Of a stretch of 64,000 nucleotides of DNA, positions 17,959 to 27,048 are shown one piece after another. The notes under the pieces are model-generated. The model was not told the origin of the DNA, did no database searches, and saw only the letters and a program-made list of their open reading frames with translations. Position numbers and translations under genes: made by a program. The stretch lies in IMG/VR virus record IMGVR_UViG_3300048502_000142, positions 27,919-91,918 of that record; one strand, given 5' to 3'. Position 1 is the first letter of the stretch. Each line of letters starts with the position of its first letter. Origin of the DNA: a virus (taxonomy: Duplodnaviria > Caudoviricetes).

Positions 17959-19362
17959 GTGCCTACGCCCTACCCGCACCAGCTCGACGGCGTGCGCTTC
18001 CTGCACGCGCGGGACGGACGCGCGCTCATAGCTGACGAACCCGGGCTCGGAAAGACCGGAACTACCCTGCTGTGGCTCAACGAGCGGCCGGAGCTGGAGC
18101 CCACCGTGATCGTGTGTCCGGCGACGATGCGGTCGGTCTGGGCGCGCGAGATAAAGATGTGGCGGGGGCAGTCCGCCTTCCTGCCCGTCGGAGAAACCCC
18201 CGACCCTGCGGCCTACGCCGGTCAGCCCTTCGTGATCGTCCACTACGATATCTTGGCGGGCGACTCGACGATCGACAAGTCTACCCACCGGATCGTCGTC
18301 GGGGAGAACTCGTGGCTCGCACACCTGCGGGCGCTCAAGCCGCAGTGCGTCGTAGTGGACGAGGGGCACCTGATAAAGTCAACCGCTGCTATGCGGTCGA
18401 AGGCGGTTCGCGCGCTCTGCCGCGGCGTCCGGCACGTGATCGTGCTGACCGGCACGCCGATCGTGAACCGCCCGGTCGAGGCCTACAACATCGTCCAGCT
18501 CGTCGCCCGGCCGGAGGACGGTATTCCCCCGTGGCCGACCTTCACTCGGAAATTTTGCGATCCCAAGCACAATGGGTTCGCTATGAACTACGGTGGGGCG
18601 AAGAACGTCGAACAGCTGAATAGCCTGCTGCTAAAGACGGTCATGCTTCGACGCCGCAAGGCCGACGTTCTCGACGACCTGCCAGCGAAGGTGCGCCAGG
18701 TCGTGCCGCTCCGCCTGTCGAACCGGGGGGATTATCTGGAGGCCGAGAACGACTACCTCAACTACGTGCGGCAGACCGAGGGCGCAACGGCCGCGACGCG
18801 CGCGGGACGCGCCGAGGCGATCACGCGGATCAACAAGCTGCGTGGGCTCGCGGCGGCCGGGAAGCTGGACGAGGCGATCGAGTGGATCGAGGACGCGCTG
18901 GAGACGAACGGAAAGCTGATCGTCTTCGCCGTGCGTCGGTCAATCCTAGACCGGCTGTCCGCACACTTCGGGAGGCGCTCGGTCCGCATCGACGGGGACG
19001 TCCCGCAGGCTGAGCGCGGGGGAATCGTCGACCGGTTCCAGAGTGATCCGAAAGTCGGGCTGTTCCTGGGGCAGATGCAGGCCGCCGGCGTCGGCATCAC
19101 CCTCACGGCCGCGTCGAACGTCGCCTTCCTCGAATTTCCGTGGACGCCGGTGGACCTCATACAGGCGGAGGACAGAGCGCATCGCATCGGGCAGCGCGAC
19201 GTCGTCAACGTACACTACCTCGTGGCGGAGGGGACTGTTGACGAGCAGCTAATGAAACTGCTCGACGCAAAGCGGGCGGTGATCGAGCGGCTCGTGGACG
19301 GTGAGATCGACGGGAGCCCGACGGTCCTCCAGGACCTGCTCCGCGGGTGGCGGACGGCGTAG
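17959..19362 (+). CDS. SNF2/SWI2-family helicase 2
   Basis: PYPHQLDG, ADEPGLGKT, DEGH, LTGTPIVNRP, RRRKADVL, GVGITLT, QAEDRAHRIGQ. Confidence 0.93.
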   Translation: MPTPYPHQLDGVRFLHARDGRALIADEPGLGKTGTTLLWLNERPELEPTVIVCPATMRSVWAREIKMWRGQSAFLPVGETPDPAAYAGQPFVIVHYDILAGDSTIDKSTHRIVVGENSWLAHLRALKPQCVVVDEGHLIKSTAAMRSKAVRALCRGVRHVIVLTGTPIVNRPVEAYNIVQLVARPEDGIPPWPTFTRKFCDPKHNGFAMNYGGAKNVEQLNSLLLKTVMLRRRKADVLDDLPAKVRQVVPLRLSNRGDYLEAENDYLNYVRQTEGATAATRAGRAEAITRINKLRGLAAAGKLDEAIEWIEDALETNGKLIVFAVRRSILDRLSAHFGRRSVRIDGDVPQAERGGIVDRFQSDPKVGLFLGQMQAAGVGITLTAASNVAFLEFPWTPVDLIQAEDRAHRIGQRDVVNVHYLVAEGTVDEQLMKLLDAKRAVIERLVDGEIDGSPTVLQDLLRGWRTA

Positions 19363-19366
19363 GGTG

Positions 19367-19422
19367 ATTTTGCGGTTTACCGCAAAATAGTGATGGACGC
19401 GGCCGGGACGGTCGCTTAGTGT
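19367..19422 (+). promoter_or_regulatory. Palindromic operator copy 2 plus promoter
   Basis: ATTTTGCGG-TTTA-CCGCAAAAT (19367-19388), then TGGACG-N17-TAGTGT. Confidence 0.7.
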
Positions 19423-19442
19423 GAGGACATCGGAAGCGGGAG

Positions 19443-19709
19443 ATGCCCATGTCGGTCGACGAGGCGTTGTGTGTGATCTACGACGCGTGTGTGCGCTTCG
19501 ACGCCGCGCTCCGCGAGGCTGGGCTGCACCGCGCCTACGTGTCCACCGGCACCCTGCATGGTCAGACTTACCTGGTCATGCACCCGGAGGACCCCCGCAG
19601 AGAGGCCCGCTGGTGCCGGACGGAGGACGAGGCCGAGCAGGTGGTGGACGCGCTCGTCCGCGCCAAGAGGGCGCGGGATCGGCTGATGCACGTCGGAGAG
19701 GTCGGATGA
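19443..19709 (+). CDS. Hypothetical protein
   Basis: GGGAG SD; first gene after the promoter. Confidence 0.6.
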   Translation: MPMSVDEALCVIYDACVRFDAALREAGLHRAYVSTGTLHGQTYLVMHPEDPRREARWCRTEDEAEQVVDALVRAKRARDRLMHVGEVG

Positions 19710-19873
19710 TCGCCGTGCCGCCGCCGGACGGGAATCCGCAGCCCTCCCCCGAGGGACGACGCCTCGCTGAGTGGAGGGGTTATCTAAGCGTTCAGTCGTG
19801 GGCACTCGGCGAATTGGCAAAGATCCGGCACGCCGAGTCTCGTATGGAAGAACTTGCGAGGGAACGGAAATGA
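19706..19873 (+). CDS. Hypothetical protein
   Basis: MIAVPPPDG...; ATGA overlaps at both ends. Confidence 0.55.
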   Translation: MIAVPPPDGNPQPSPEGRRLAEWRGYLSVQSWALGELAKIRHAESRMEELARERK

Positions 19874-20019
19874 TCTCCCGCCGCCGCCTCGATCGTCACG
19901 CGAACCGCGTCGCGATCGGGGTCGAGAACGCCATCGAGTGGTGGGGCGCGCTCGTCGGACACTGCTGCAACGGCACTATCGTCGTCGTGGCGTTGCTATT
20001 GATCTGTGGAGCGGTGTGA
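19870..20019 (+). CDS. Small membrane protein
   Basis: C-terminal hydrophobic TIVVVALLLICGAV; coupled start. Confidence 0.5.
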   Translation: MISRRRLDRHANRVAIGVENAIEWWGALVGHCCNGTIVVVALLLICGAV

Positions 20020-20426
20020 TGGACAAGATGCAAACTTCCGACCCGCGTGAAGTCGTCTTCGTCGCGAAGCGAGATCCGGCGCCGGAGGAGGTCGAACTGT
20101 TTCGCGCCGCTGCTCGACATCCCGAGCCGGCCCGCAGCGTCCTGCTTTACGGGTCGGCCCTGCCGGTCGACGTGCGGTCCATCCGGGTTCCTGTCGGCGG
20201 CCCCGGCCTCATGTCGTCCTACGGCGCCCGCCTGCGGCAGCCGGTCGAGGTCCGGGACGAGACGGGGGCGGTCGACCCGCTGCTGTCGCGGCTCGCCACG
20301 AAAGACCGGGCGAACGCGGATGTGCTCCTCTCGTCCGCCGTCCTCGTGATCCGCGGGCTGCTCCGGGGTGTCGCCGACACGCGGGATGCGATTGACCTGC
20401 TCGCCGCGATCGAGGGAATGGGGTGA
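20019..20426 (+). CDS. Hypothetical protein
   Basis: Coupled ATG, 135 aa. Confidence 0.55.
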   Translation: MDKMQTSDPREVVFVAKRDPAPEEVELFRAAARHPEPARSVLLYGSALPVDVRSIRVPVGGPGLMSSYGARLRQPVEVRDETGAVDPLLSRLATKDRANADVLLSSAVLVIRGLLRGVADTRDAIDLLAAIEGMG

Positions 20427-20854
20427 TGACCGACGCATCGAAATTTCACTTCCCGTCGCCGGTGCCCACCCGGCCGCCGCGAGCCAGACAGCACTGCCGG
20501 CACTACGACTACGAGACCGGCATGACGGGGCGCGGACCGATCTGCGGCCTCGCCATCGACCTGTCGGCGCCCCGCGCGGCGCTACGGTGCATGCCACCAG
20601 ACAGCACGCAGGGCGAGACCTGCGAAAAGCGCGAGGACTGGACCAGCAAGGAACGCGCGGCGTGGCAAGCCTGGCTCGAAGAGCACACGGCGCGGACGGC
20701 CATCGTTATGGCCGTGATCCCGGCCAAGGGCTATTCCGGAAACCTGCCGTGCCCAGGCTGCGGCATCGGCATGGTGAGTTGGAGTCGCACCCACTCGAAC
20801 AACCACCTCCACGCGCGCTGCTCGACGCCGCATTGCTTCGCGATTATGCAATAA
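20423..20854 (+). CDS. Zn-finger hypothetical protein
   Basis: CRHY...C...C...C and CPGCG...HLHARCSTPHC. Confidence 0.7.
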   Translation: MMTDASKFHFPSPVPTRPPRARQHCRHYDYETGMTGRGPICGLAIDLSAPRAALRCMPPDSTQGETCEKREDWTSKERAAWQAWLEEHTARTAIVMAVIPAKGYSGNLPCPGCGIGMVSWSRTHSNNHLHARCSTPHCFAIMQ

Positions 20855-20893
20855 GCACGCCGAACTCGACAAGCTGTTGAAGGAGATTAGGCA

Positions 20894-21184
20894 ATGATCG
20901 AACAGACCGCACGGGATCTGGAAGCCGCACTGGCGCTGATACCGGAGGGGAAGTGGGGGAAGGGGCTACCAATGAGCCGGTCACCGCACTGTCTTTGCAC
21001 ACTGGAAGCCATCGAACTTGTCGTGGATGAGGATTTCAACCGCTACATAGCCGCGCGCGAAGCCCTGTTCCCGATCATCGGTGAGAGCGCCGTAATAGAC
21101 TGGAACGACGCCCCCGAGCGCACCCACGCGGAGGTAGTCGAGGCTTTTCAGAAGGCCATTGCGGCAGAGAGGGCGAAGGGATGA
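20894..21184 (+). CDS. Conserved phage hypothetical protein (WND.P.RT..EV family)
   Basis: AGGAG SD; CLCTLEAI...IDWNDAPERTHAEVVEAF. Confidence 0.7.
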   Translation: MIEQTARDLEAALALIPEGKWGKGLPMSRSPHCLCTLEAIELVVDEDFNRYIAAREALFPIIGESAVIDWNDAPERTHAEVVEAFQKAIAAERAKG

Positions 21185-21420
21185 GCAACGCAAAACTTCA
21201 GCGTCTTATCGACCGCACCGTAAAGGCCAACAACGATTTCCAGCGCGCTCAATCAGTTCTCATGGAGGAATGCCTCAAGCGTTACGGGCATGAGCCGGGG
21301 GATGTGGATTGTGATGCAATCATCGATTCGGTGCTTGGCGGTTGCGGCGTTTCGGACGGAATGAGTGCCGAAGACTTTGATCGGGAAATGAGCGCGGCAG
21401 TTTCAAGGAAAAGGCCATGA
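21181..21420 (+). CDS. Hypothetical protein
   Basis: 79 aa, ATGA-coupled. Confidence 0.6.
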   Translation: MSNAKLQRLIDRTVKANNDFQRAQSVLMEECLKRYGHEPGDVDCDAIIDSVLGGCGVSDGMSAEDFDREMSAAVSRKRP

Positions 21421-21887
21421 CCCAGGATCTAAAGATTACCGATCTGCGCGCGGGCGACCGAGTGCAGCGCGGCAGGGCGAGATCGACGGCGACTTCCGCT
21501 CGATCCTCTATCGCATACGGCAACTAGCGCCGCCGGAATCGACCGAGGAAGAAACCGCCGAATCCGTCGACAGCAGCGATTGAAGGAGGAATTGCATCAT
21601 GAAGCCGATCAAGGGTCAGTACCGCCAGGGCGACGTTCTTCTGACGCCGGCCAAGGAAATTCCGGCCGGCGACGGCTGTGGCGATGACGGCGATCCTGTC
21701 GCGAAGCCGGGGCGCAGCGAATTTTGGCGAACGGGGCAGCCGCAGTGACCGTCGTCATTCCCCACCAATCCGCACCCGTTCTGCCCCACTACAATCCGCT
21801 GGTCGCGCCGACCAAGGAGGCACTGCTGACCGACCAGGGTTGGCCCCCCCCATTCACCTTCTATCCAACAACTTGATGAGGCATCCT

Positions 21888-22166
21888 ATGTCACTGAAAC
21901 CTGTAATTGTCCGCACCTATTCCGCAGGCGTCCATTTCGGCTACCTCGCCAGCCGGGATGGTAAGGAAGTCACGCTCGAACGCTCGCGCCGCATCTGGCG
22001 CTGGTATGGTGCTTGGACGCTGTCCGAAATCGCAACCAGCGGCCTCGACGCGAAGCGCAGCAAGGTCGCGGCGCCGGTCAACATCACCCTGACCGAGGCG
22101 GTCGAAATCATCGACTGCACCCCGGCAGCGGTCGAGTCGATCGAGAGCGCAAAATGGGTGGAGTAA
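21888..22166 (+). CDS. DUF6948-like small phage protein
   Basis: VIVRTYSAGVHFGYL...RRIWRWYGAWTLSEIATSG...LTEAVEIIDCT. Confidence 0.75.
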   Translation: MSLKPVIVRTYSAGVHFGYLASRDGKEVTLERSRRIWRWYGAWTLSEIATSGLDAKRSKVAAPVNITLTEAVEIIDCTPAAVESIESAKWVE

Positions 22167-22411
22167 AAACTGGCCACGGCTCCGGCTCCGGCTACGGCGA
22201 CGGCTCCGGCTCCGGCTACGGCGACGGCTCCGGCTCCGGCTACGGCGCCGGCGACGGCTACGGCGACGGCTACGGCTACGGCGACGGCTCAGGCTACGGC
22301 GACGGCTCAGGCTCAGGCTACGGCTCAGGCTCAGGCTACGGCGACGGCTACGGCTACGGCGACGGCTCAGGCTCCGGCGACGGCGCAGGCTCCGGCGACG
22401 GCGACGGCTGA
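22154..22411 (+). CDS. Gly-Tyr-Gly-Asp-Gly-Ser repeat protein
   Basis: Hexanucleotide GGC-NNN repeats encoding GSGSGYGDG...; this type of gene commonly follows DUF6948-like genes in phages. Confidence 0.65.
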   Translation: MGGVKTGHGSGSGYGDGSGSGYGDGSGSGYGAGDGYGDGYGYGDGSGYGDGSGSGYGSGSGYGDGYGYGDGSGSGDGAGSGDGDG

Positions 22412-22543
22412 CAGCACGGTTTCCCCAATCGCCGGCCCGGCACCCTCGCGGTGTCCGGGCCTTTCCCGGCAGGAAGCCCGGCACCGTGCCGGACCTGGAA
22501 AGGAAGATGTGATGTCGTCTCTCGTGTTCTGCGGAAGTGTCCC

Positions 22544-22822
22544 ATGACGACCCTCATCCCATGCAACACCTGCTTCTTCCGCCCCGGCTGCACGCTGCGG
22601 CTGGAATGGCAGGCCAAGATCCGCGGCCTGGGATTCGGCAGCGCCAAGTTCCGGGGTCCCCCGCAGGACGAGGAATACCGTCCCGGCCGGCGCGTCAGCG
22701 CCCGGATCATTGGCGCGGGTTGCGGCGGCTTCACGTCATGCCGATGCCACCCGCCCCACCCTCATCTCAGACCGAGGAGAAGACAGAATGATCGCGCATG
22801 GCTGGATTATTGTGTTCTATAG
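22544..22822 (+). CDS. Hypothetical protein, possibly truncated or chimeric
   Basis: MTTLIPCNTCFFRPGC...; C-terminus looks non-coding. Confidence 0.4.
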   Translation: MTTLIPCNTCFFRPGCTLRLEWQAKIRGLGFGSAKFRGPPQDEEYRPGRRVSARIIGAGCGGFTSCRCHPPHPHLRPRRRQNDRAWLDYCVL

Positions 22823-23009
22823 TGTTTCTTCTGGAACAATCCATTTTCCAACACCGGACGGGCTGTTCTCTAGTGAAGCGACATGCGACAAGCAGATCGA
22901 CCGCGATCAGTCATTAGATCGCAATACGGTGTGGGGATGTTTGGAGATTGGCATTCACATGCCACCAGAATGGAATTCGCCCAAGTCTAATGAGAAGGTG
23001 AAGCCATGA
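22788..23009 (+). CDS. Small hypothetical protein
   Basis: GAGGAG SD; W-hydrophobic N-terminus, FSSEATC...GC pattern; AT-richer. Confidence 0.6.
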   Translation: MIAHGWIIVFYSVSSGTIHFPTPDGLFSSEATCDKQIDRDQSLDRNTVWGCLEIGIHMPPEWNSPKSNEKVKP

Positions 23010-23046
23010 GCCGCCCCGACCTCGACGCCATAGAGGCGAAAGCGAG

Positions 23047-23244
23047 ATGATGCAGATAGCATTCTTCTACCTGTACCACGCCTGCGTCCTAATCGCCGTC
23101 TTCTGCGCCGGATATCTGTGCGCGTCGCTGAGCGCTAAGTCGCGCTGGTGCGACGCGGGTCGCAGGTGGGATCGGATGGAAGCGTCCGCGGAGCGAGGGA
23201 CGGCAGAGATCGTGCCGTTCGCGCACGTCGACCGCAGGGTCTAA
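23047..23244 (+). CDS. Small membrane protein
   Basis: N-terminal hydrophobic helix. Confidence 0.55.
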   Translation: MMQIAFFYLYHACVLIAVFCAGYLCASLSAKSRWCDAGRRWDRMEASAERGTAEIVPFAHVDRRV

Positions 23245-23249
23245 TATCG

Positions 23250-23279
23250 TTTGCGGTTTTCCGCAAAGCGCCGTAAGAT
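23250..23279 (+). promoter_or_regulatory. Palindromic operator copy 3 overlapping a promoter
   Basis: TTTGCGG-TTTT-CCGCAAA (23250-23267); TTGCGG-N17-TAAGAT. Confidence 0.72.
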
Positions 23280-23306
23280 TGACGGACACGCACAGGAGGG
23301 GAGCAC

Positions 23307-23546
23307 ATGACCAAGAGGACGCTGAGGGCGCGCCTGATCGAGGCGCTAGAGACCCGAGGGTGCAAGCGGGTCGAGCATCGCACTACGAAGTACACGGTGC
23401 TGGAGAAGCTCGAATCGATGACGGGCGGCCGGTTCTACTTCGTCGGGAAGTCGGGTTCCCTGCGGACCGGCAAGACGGTAAGTACCTCCGCATCGCTAAA
23501 GGGCTTGCCGGTCTACCTCAAGCTCCTCGAAGAGGTGCCGGCGTGA
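23307..23546 (+). CDS. Hypothetical protein
   Basis: SD; FYFVGKSGSLRTGKTVSTS. Confidence 0.7.
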   Translation: MTKRTLRARLIEALETRGCKRVEHRTTKYTVLEKLESMTGGRFYFVGKSGSLRTGKTVSTSASLKGLPVYLKLLEEVPA

Positions 23547-24091
23547 ACCCCGACGTCGAGCGCGCCGCCTCGTACCAGGCGCACCGCTTCGCGCGGATCA
23601 CCGGCATGGACGTGGACGACCTGATGCAGGAGTCCCGGCTCGCCGCTCTCGCCGCCGTAGGGCGCACCGCCGAGCACTACGACCCGCGCAAGGCGTCGAT
23701 GTTTACCTACCTGAGCGCGGCCATAAGCTGGCGGCTGACGGACGTGGCGAGGAAGGCCGGCCGCCGCGTCCCCACGGTGTCAATCGACACGGCCGGCGGG
23801 GACGACGAGGAGGGGGGAGCGCGCGGCATCGAGGTCGCGGACCCGGGACCGAGCCCGGAGGACCTCGCGATCTTCCGCGACCTGCTGCGGCAGATGCCCG
23901 ACGACGCGCTGGCGGTCGTTCGCCTCGTGCTCGACGACGCGTCGTCCATAGCGAACCTCGTCGACGTGCGCCGGGCGGTCGCGAGGCGGCTCGGGTGGAC
24001 GGCGGACCGGGTCGAGGTCGCGGTCGCCTGCGTCGGCCTCGCGCTCTCGCGGGGAGGGATGTCGCGGCGCCGCGCACCAGCAGCGTCGTGA
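23543..24091 (+). CDS. Sigma70/ECF-like RNA polymerase sigma factor
   Basis: Region 2 DDLMQESRLA...HYDPRKASMFTYLSAAISWRLTDVARK; SPED; region 4-like VARRLGWT; GTGA-coupled start. Confidence 0.72.
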   Translation: MNPDVERAASYQAHRFARITGMDVDDLMQESRLAALAAVGRTAEHYDPRKASMFTYLSAAISWRLTDVARKAGRRVPTVSIDTAGGDDEEGGARGIEVADPGPSPEDLAIFRDLLRQMPDDALAVVRLVLDDASSIANLVDVRRAVARRLGWTADRVEVAVACVGLALSRGGMSRRRAPAAS

Positions 24092-24097
24092 AGGTCT

Positions 24098-24376
24098 ATG
24101 CCTGACCTCCCACGCCAGTGGCTAACGACTGCCCCCAATCCGAATGTCTCGCAGACGGACCCGGACGCCGGGCAGCGGGGATGGTGCCTGCACGCGGTCA
24201 AGGCGACAGAGGATACGTCGTTGTCCGACATCCGGCATCGCCAGGCCGCGTGCGGGTTGCGACCGCGTCACGGCTGGGGACTAGATCTATTCATCTCTAC
24301 GCCGTGCCGGCGGTGTGTCTCGAAGGTAGGGGGATGGGTCGAGATTACCGGCATCTGGAGGCGGACGCGTGCCTGA
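24098..24376 (+). CDS. Hypothetical protein (Cys/His motifs)
   Basis: LHAV...AACGLRPRHGWGLDLF...CRRC. Confidence 0.65.
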   Translation: MPDLPRQWLTTAPNPNVSQTDPDAGQRGWCLHAVKATEDTSLSDIRHRQAACGLRPRHGWGLDLFISTPCRRCVSKVGGWVEITGIWRRTRA

Positions 24377-25310
24377 CCTCCCCACCGTACTCCGACAGCA
24401 CGGGGTCACCCTTGAGCAGCCGGGCTCGGACCGACACGTCCGCCTCGGCTGGTTGGGACACGTTTGCCCCTGGTGCGCGGGCTCGTTCGGCTATCACCTC
24501 GGGTTCAACGTCGAGAAGGGGTACTTCCGCTGCTGGCGTTGCGGTTTTCACCCTACGCGCGACGTCATCCAGAAACTCTGTCACGTCGACCGATCCACGG
24601 CGATCGATATCCTGCGGTCGGCGGACGGCCCGAACCGCGGGCGCAACCGCCGGCTCGACCAGCTCGTTCAGAAGAGGATCGGGCTGCACCGGTACCGCCG
24701 CCCGAGCGGGGTAGCGCCGCTCGCCGCGAACCACCGGAGCTACCTCGCCAGCCGGGGCTTCGACCCGGACAGGGTCGCCGAGGAGTGGGGGATCGAGGGC
24801 ACCGGCCCGGTGTCGTCCCTGGACGGGATCGACTACCGGTTCCGGCTGTTCGTCCCCATCCACTGGGACGGGACGGAGGTATCATTCCAGACCCGCGACG
24901 TCACCGGCAAGTCGGACGCCAAGTACGTGTCGTGCCCGCCGGAGCGCGAGCTGGTCACGCACAAGGACGTCGTCTACCGGCACCCGGACTATGGCGGGAG
25001 GCTGGGCCTGGCCGTCGAGGGTGTGACCGACGCCTGGCGCTTGGGACCGATCGCGTTCGCGACGTTCGGCACGTCCTTCAAGGTCGAGCAGGTGCGGGCA
25101 ATAGCCGGCCTGTACTCGTCGGTTGCTGTCCTGTTCGACGCCGAGCGCGCCGCGCAGCAGCGGGCGGACAGGCTGGTAAGGATGCTCGGCGACGTGGGCG
25201 TGCGGGCGACGTCCTTCCTGCTAGACGGCGACGACGACCCCGGCAGCATGTCGGACGACGACGCAGCTAGGGCGGTCGAGGCGGTGATAGAGTGGGACGC
25301 GCGCGGATAG
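24369..25310 (+). CDS. DNA primase (Zn finger plus TOPRIM)
   Basis: CPWC...CWRCG Zn finger; FQTRDV; AVEGVTDAW, LFDAE, DDDPG TOPRIM motifs. Confidence 0.88.
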   Translation: MPDLPTVLRQHGVTLEQPGSDRHVRLGWLGHVCPWCAGSFGYHLGFNVEKGYFRCWRCGFHPTRDVIQKLCHVDRSTAIDILRSADGPNRGRNRRLDQLVQKRIGLHRYRRPSGVAPLAANHRSYLASRGFDPDRVAEEWGIEGTGPVSSLDGIDYRFRLFVPIHWDGTEVSFQTRDVTGKSDAKYVSCPPERELVTHKDVVYRHPDYGGRLGLAVEGVTDAWRLGPIAFATFGTSFKVEQVRAIAGLYSSVAVLFDAERAAQQRADRLVRMLGDVGVRATSFLLDGDDDPGSMSDDDAARAVEAVIEWDARG

Positions 25311-25372
25311 GGCCGCGCGCGGCGGCCTCTTGCTCCGGTCCTCACATTTTCGTCTCGTCCTTACGAAAAGTG

Positions 25373-25402
25373 TTTGCGGTTTTCCGCAAAGAGTCGTATG
25401 AC
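25373..25402 (+). promoter_or_regulatory. Palindromic operator copy 4 overlapping a promoter
   Basis: TTTGCGG-TTTT-CCGCAAA (25373-25390); TTGCGG-N17-TATGAC. Confidence 0.68.
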
Positions 25403-25441
25403 TATCCGCACGGACGAACCGATCCGGCACGGAGAGACGCG

Positions 25442-25915
25442 ATGAAGATCGCGCTGCGGAAGGTCACGAAGAACGAGCGCATGAGCGAGGAGACGTACTG
25501 CTTCTCGGCGGACGTATGGATCGACGGCGCCAAGGCCGGCGAGGTCTCGAACCGCGGCTGCGGCGGACCGAACGACTACCACCCAACCTCCCTGTGGCAG
25601 AGGCTTGAAGAGCACGCGAAAACGCTCCCGCCCGTCGTGTCGAAATACACTGATGATACGTTTCCGTCGACCGCGGACATCGTGATCGGCGACCTGCTGG
25701 AACTCGAGCTCGCGCGCAAGGACGCGAAGCGGGCGATGTCCGGGAAGATCCTCTTCACGAAGGTCGGGAAGGCCGGCATATGGGGCATGAAGAAGCCGGC
25801 CGGCTGCACCGACGATACGATCCGGACCTTCGCGGCGAAGGCGAAGGGGATCGACCGGGTGTTGAACCTGCTGCCGCTCGACGAGGCGGTCGCGCTTTAC
25901 CGCTCCGCCGCCTGA
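25442..25915 (+). CDS. Conserved phage hypothetical protein
   Basis: MKIALRKV...MSEETYCFSADVWIDG...SNRGCGGP; GGAGA SD. Confidence 0.72.
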   Translation: MKIALRKVTKNERMSEETYCFSADVWIDGAKAGEVSNRGCGGPNDYHPTSLWQRLEEHAKTLPPVVSKYTDDTFPSTADIVIGDLLELELARKDAKRAMSGKILFTKVGKAGIWGMKKPAGCTDDTIRTFAAKAKGIDRVLNLLPLDEAVALYRSAA

Positions 25916-25932
25916 CGGGAGGTACCTATTAA

Positions 25933-27048
25933 ATGCGGTATCTCGCGGCGACGACCATGTTCGACCGGTACCTCCTCGGAAAGCCGGACGTCCACATCGA
26001 TCGCAGGGTGCGCGACGGCGTGCAGTCCGGCCTCCGGAAGGCGAAGCGGTTCGTGCTCGACGCGGAGGCCTCCGCCCAGGTGGGCCGCTTCGTCGTCGAG
26101 CACCGGGAGGGTGTCTTCGATGCGTTCCGGAATGTGCGCGTGCCGTACCCCGACCTCTACGTCGAGATGGACACGATCGCTTTCAACGACGCGATAGGGC
26201 CGATATCTACGGCGGATGTCACGGGCATGGAGCGGGATAGCCACTGCGGCTACCTATTCACTGGGAACACCGTTAATGTTATTGCCGAGAGCACAACAAA
26301 GCCTCCGGTTCTTACCGGCCTCGCCTATCGTCTGAACACCCTAGGGCAGGACGCCGATGTTGACTACATGATCGAGCGTCTCGGCGGCAAGATCACCGAG
26401 AGGCACCTCGCGCACACGCTCGGCAGCAGCATCAACGGCATCAGTACGAAAGACGCATTCGAGCTGGTCAAGCGACACGCCTGGCACCTGACGGTCACCG
26501 GCCGCGCGAGGAGCGAGGTCGACCGGGATCTCGTCGGCTACCTGACGAACTCGAACGGCGAGCTGCGCAACATCGTGAGCCTGCTGCACCTGCTCAATCA
26601 AGAGCGCGTCGTCGAGGAGCGGCCCGGCCGCGAGGTCGCGGAGCGCCACCTGCACAAGGGGAAGAACAGTCAGTTCCACGTCTACCGGAAGCTCATCCTA
26701 CACCTCGACCGGGTCGTCGTCCGGACCGAGCGACCTCCCGAGGGAGCGGCCGATCGCCCGCACCCACGCTGGCACGAGGTCCGCGGGCACTGGTGCCACA
26801 ACAGGAAGGCACACGAGGCGACGGCGATCGGCTGCATCCACGACTGGCTCGACCTGTCGCCGACGTCCCAGTTGTGCAACAGGTGCCACGGGAAGCGCTG
26901 GTGGCGCGAGCTGCCGAACGGCAGGGGAGACAAATCGGCCGGTACCGTGATAAAAGATTACGAGGTTAGGGGAATGTCGCCCGCGCCGGTCGTTACCTTC
27001 GAAGAGATCGACGAGGCGCTCGCGCGACGAAGAGGAGATCGGGCATGA
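25933..27048 (+). CDS. Conserved phage protein with PRxHxVRGHW motif and Zn-ribbon insert
   Basis: 371 aa; HPRWHEVRGHW...CIHDW...CNRCHG...RGD...KDYEV. Confidence 0.75.
   Translation: MRYLAATTMFDRYLLGKPDVHIDRRVRDGVQSGLRKAKRFVLDAEASAQVGRFVVEHREGVFDAFRNVRVPYPDLYVEMDTIAFNDAIGPISTADVTGMERDSHCGYLFTGNTVNVIAESTTKPPVLTGLAYRLNTLGQDADVDYMIERLGGKITERHLAHTLGSSINGISTKDAFELVKRHAWHLTVTGRARSEVDRDLVGYLTNSNGELRNIVSLLHLLNQERVVEERPGREVAERHLHKGKNSQFHVYRKLILHLDRVVVRTERPPEGAADRPHPRWHEVRGHWCHNRKAHEATAIGCIHDWLDLSPTSQLCNRCHGKRWWRELPNGRGDKSAGTVIKDYEVRGMSPAPVVTFEEIDEALARRRGDRA

Noticed and set aside
22170-22410. Repeat tract as a CRISPR array
   Set aside because: Hexamer coding repeats with no unique spacers; no cas genes. 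No CRISPR array was seen anywhere in the window.
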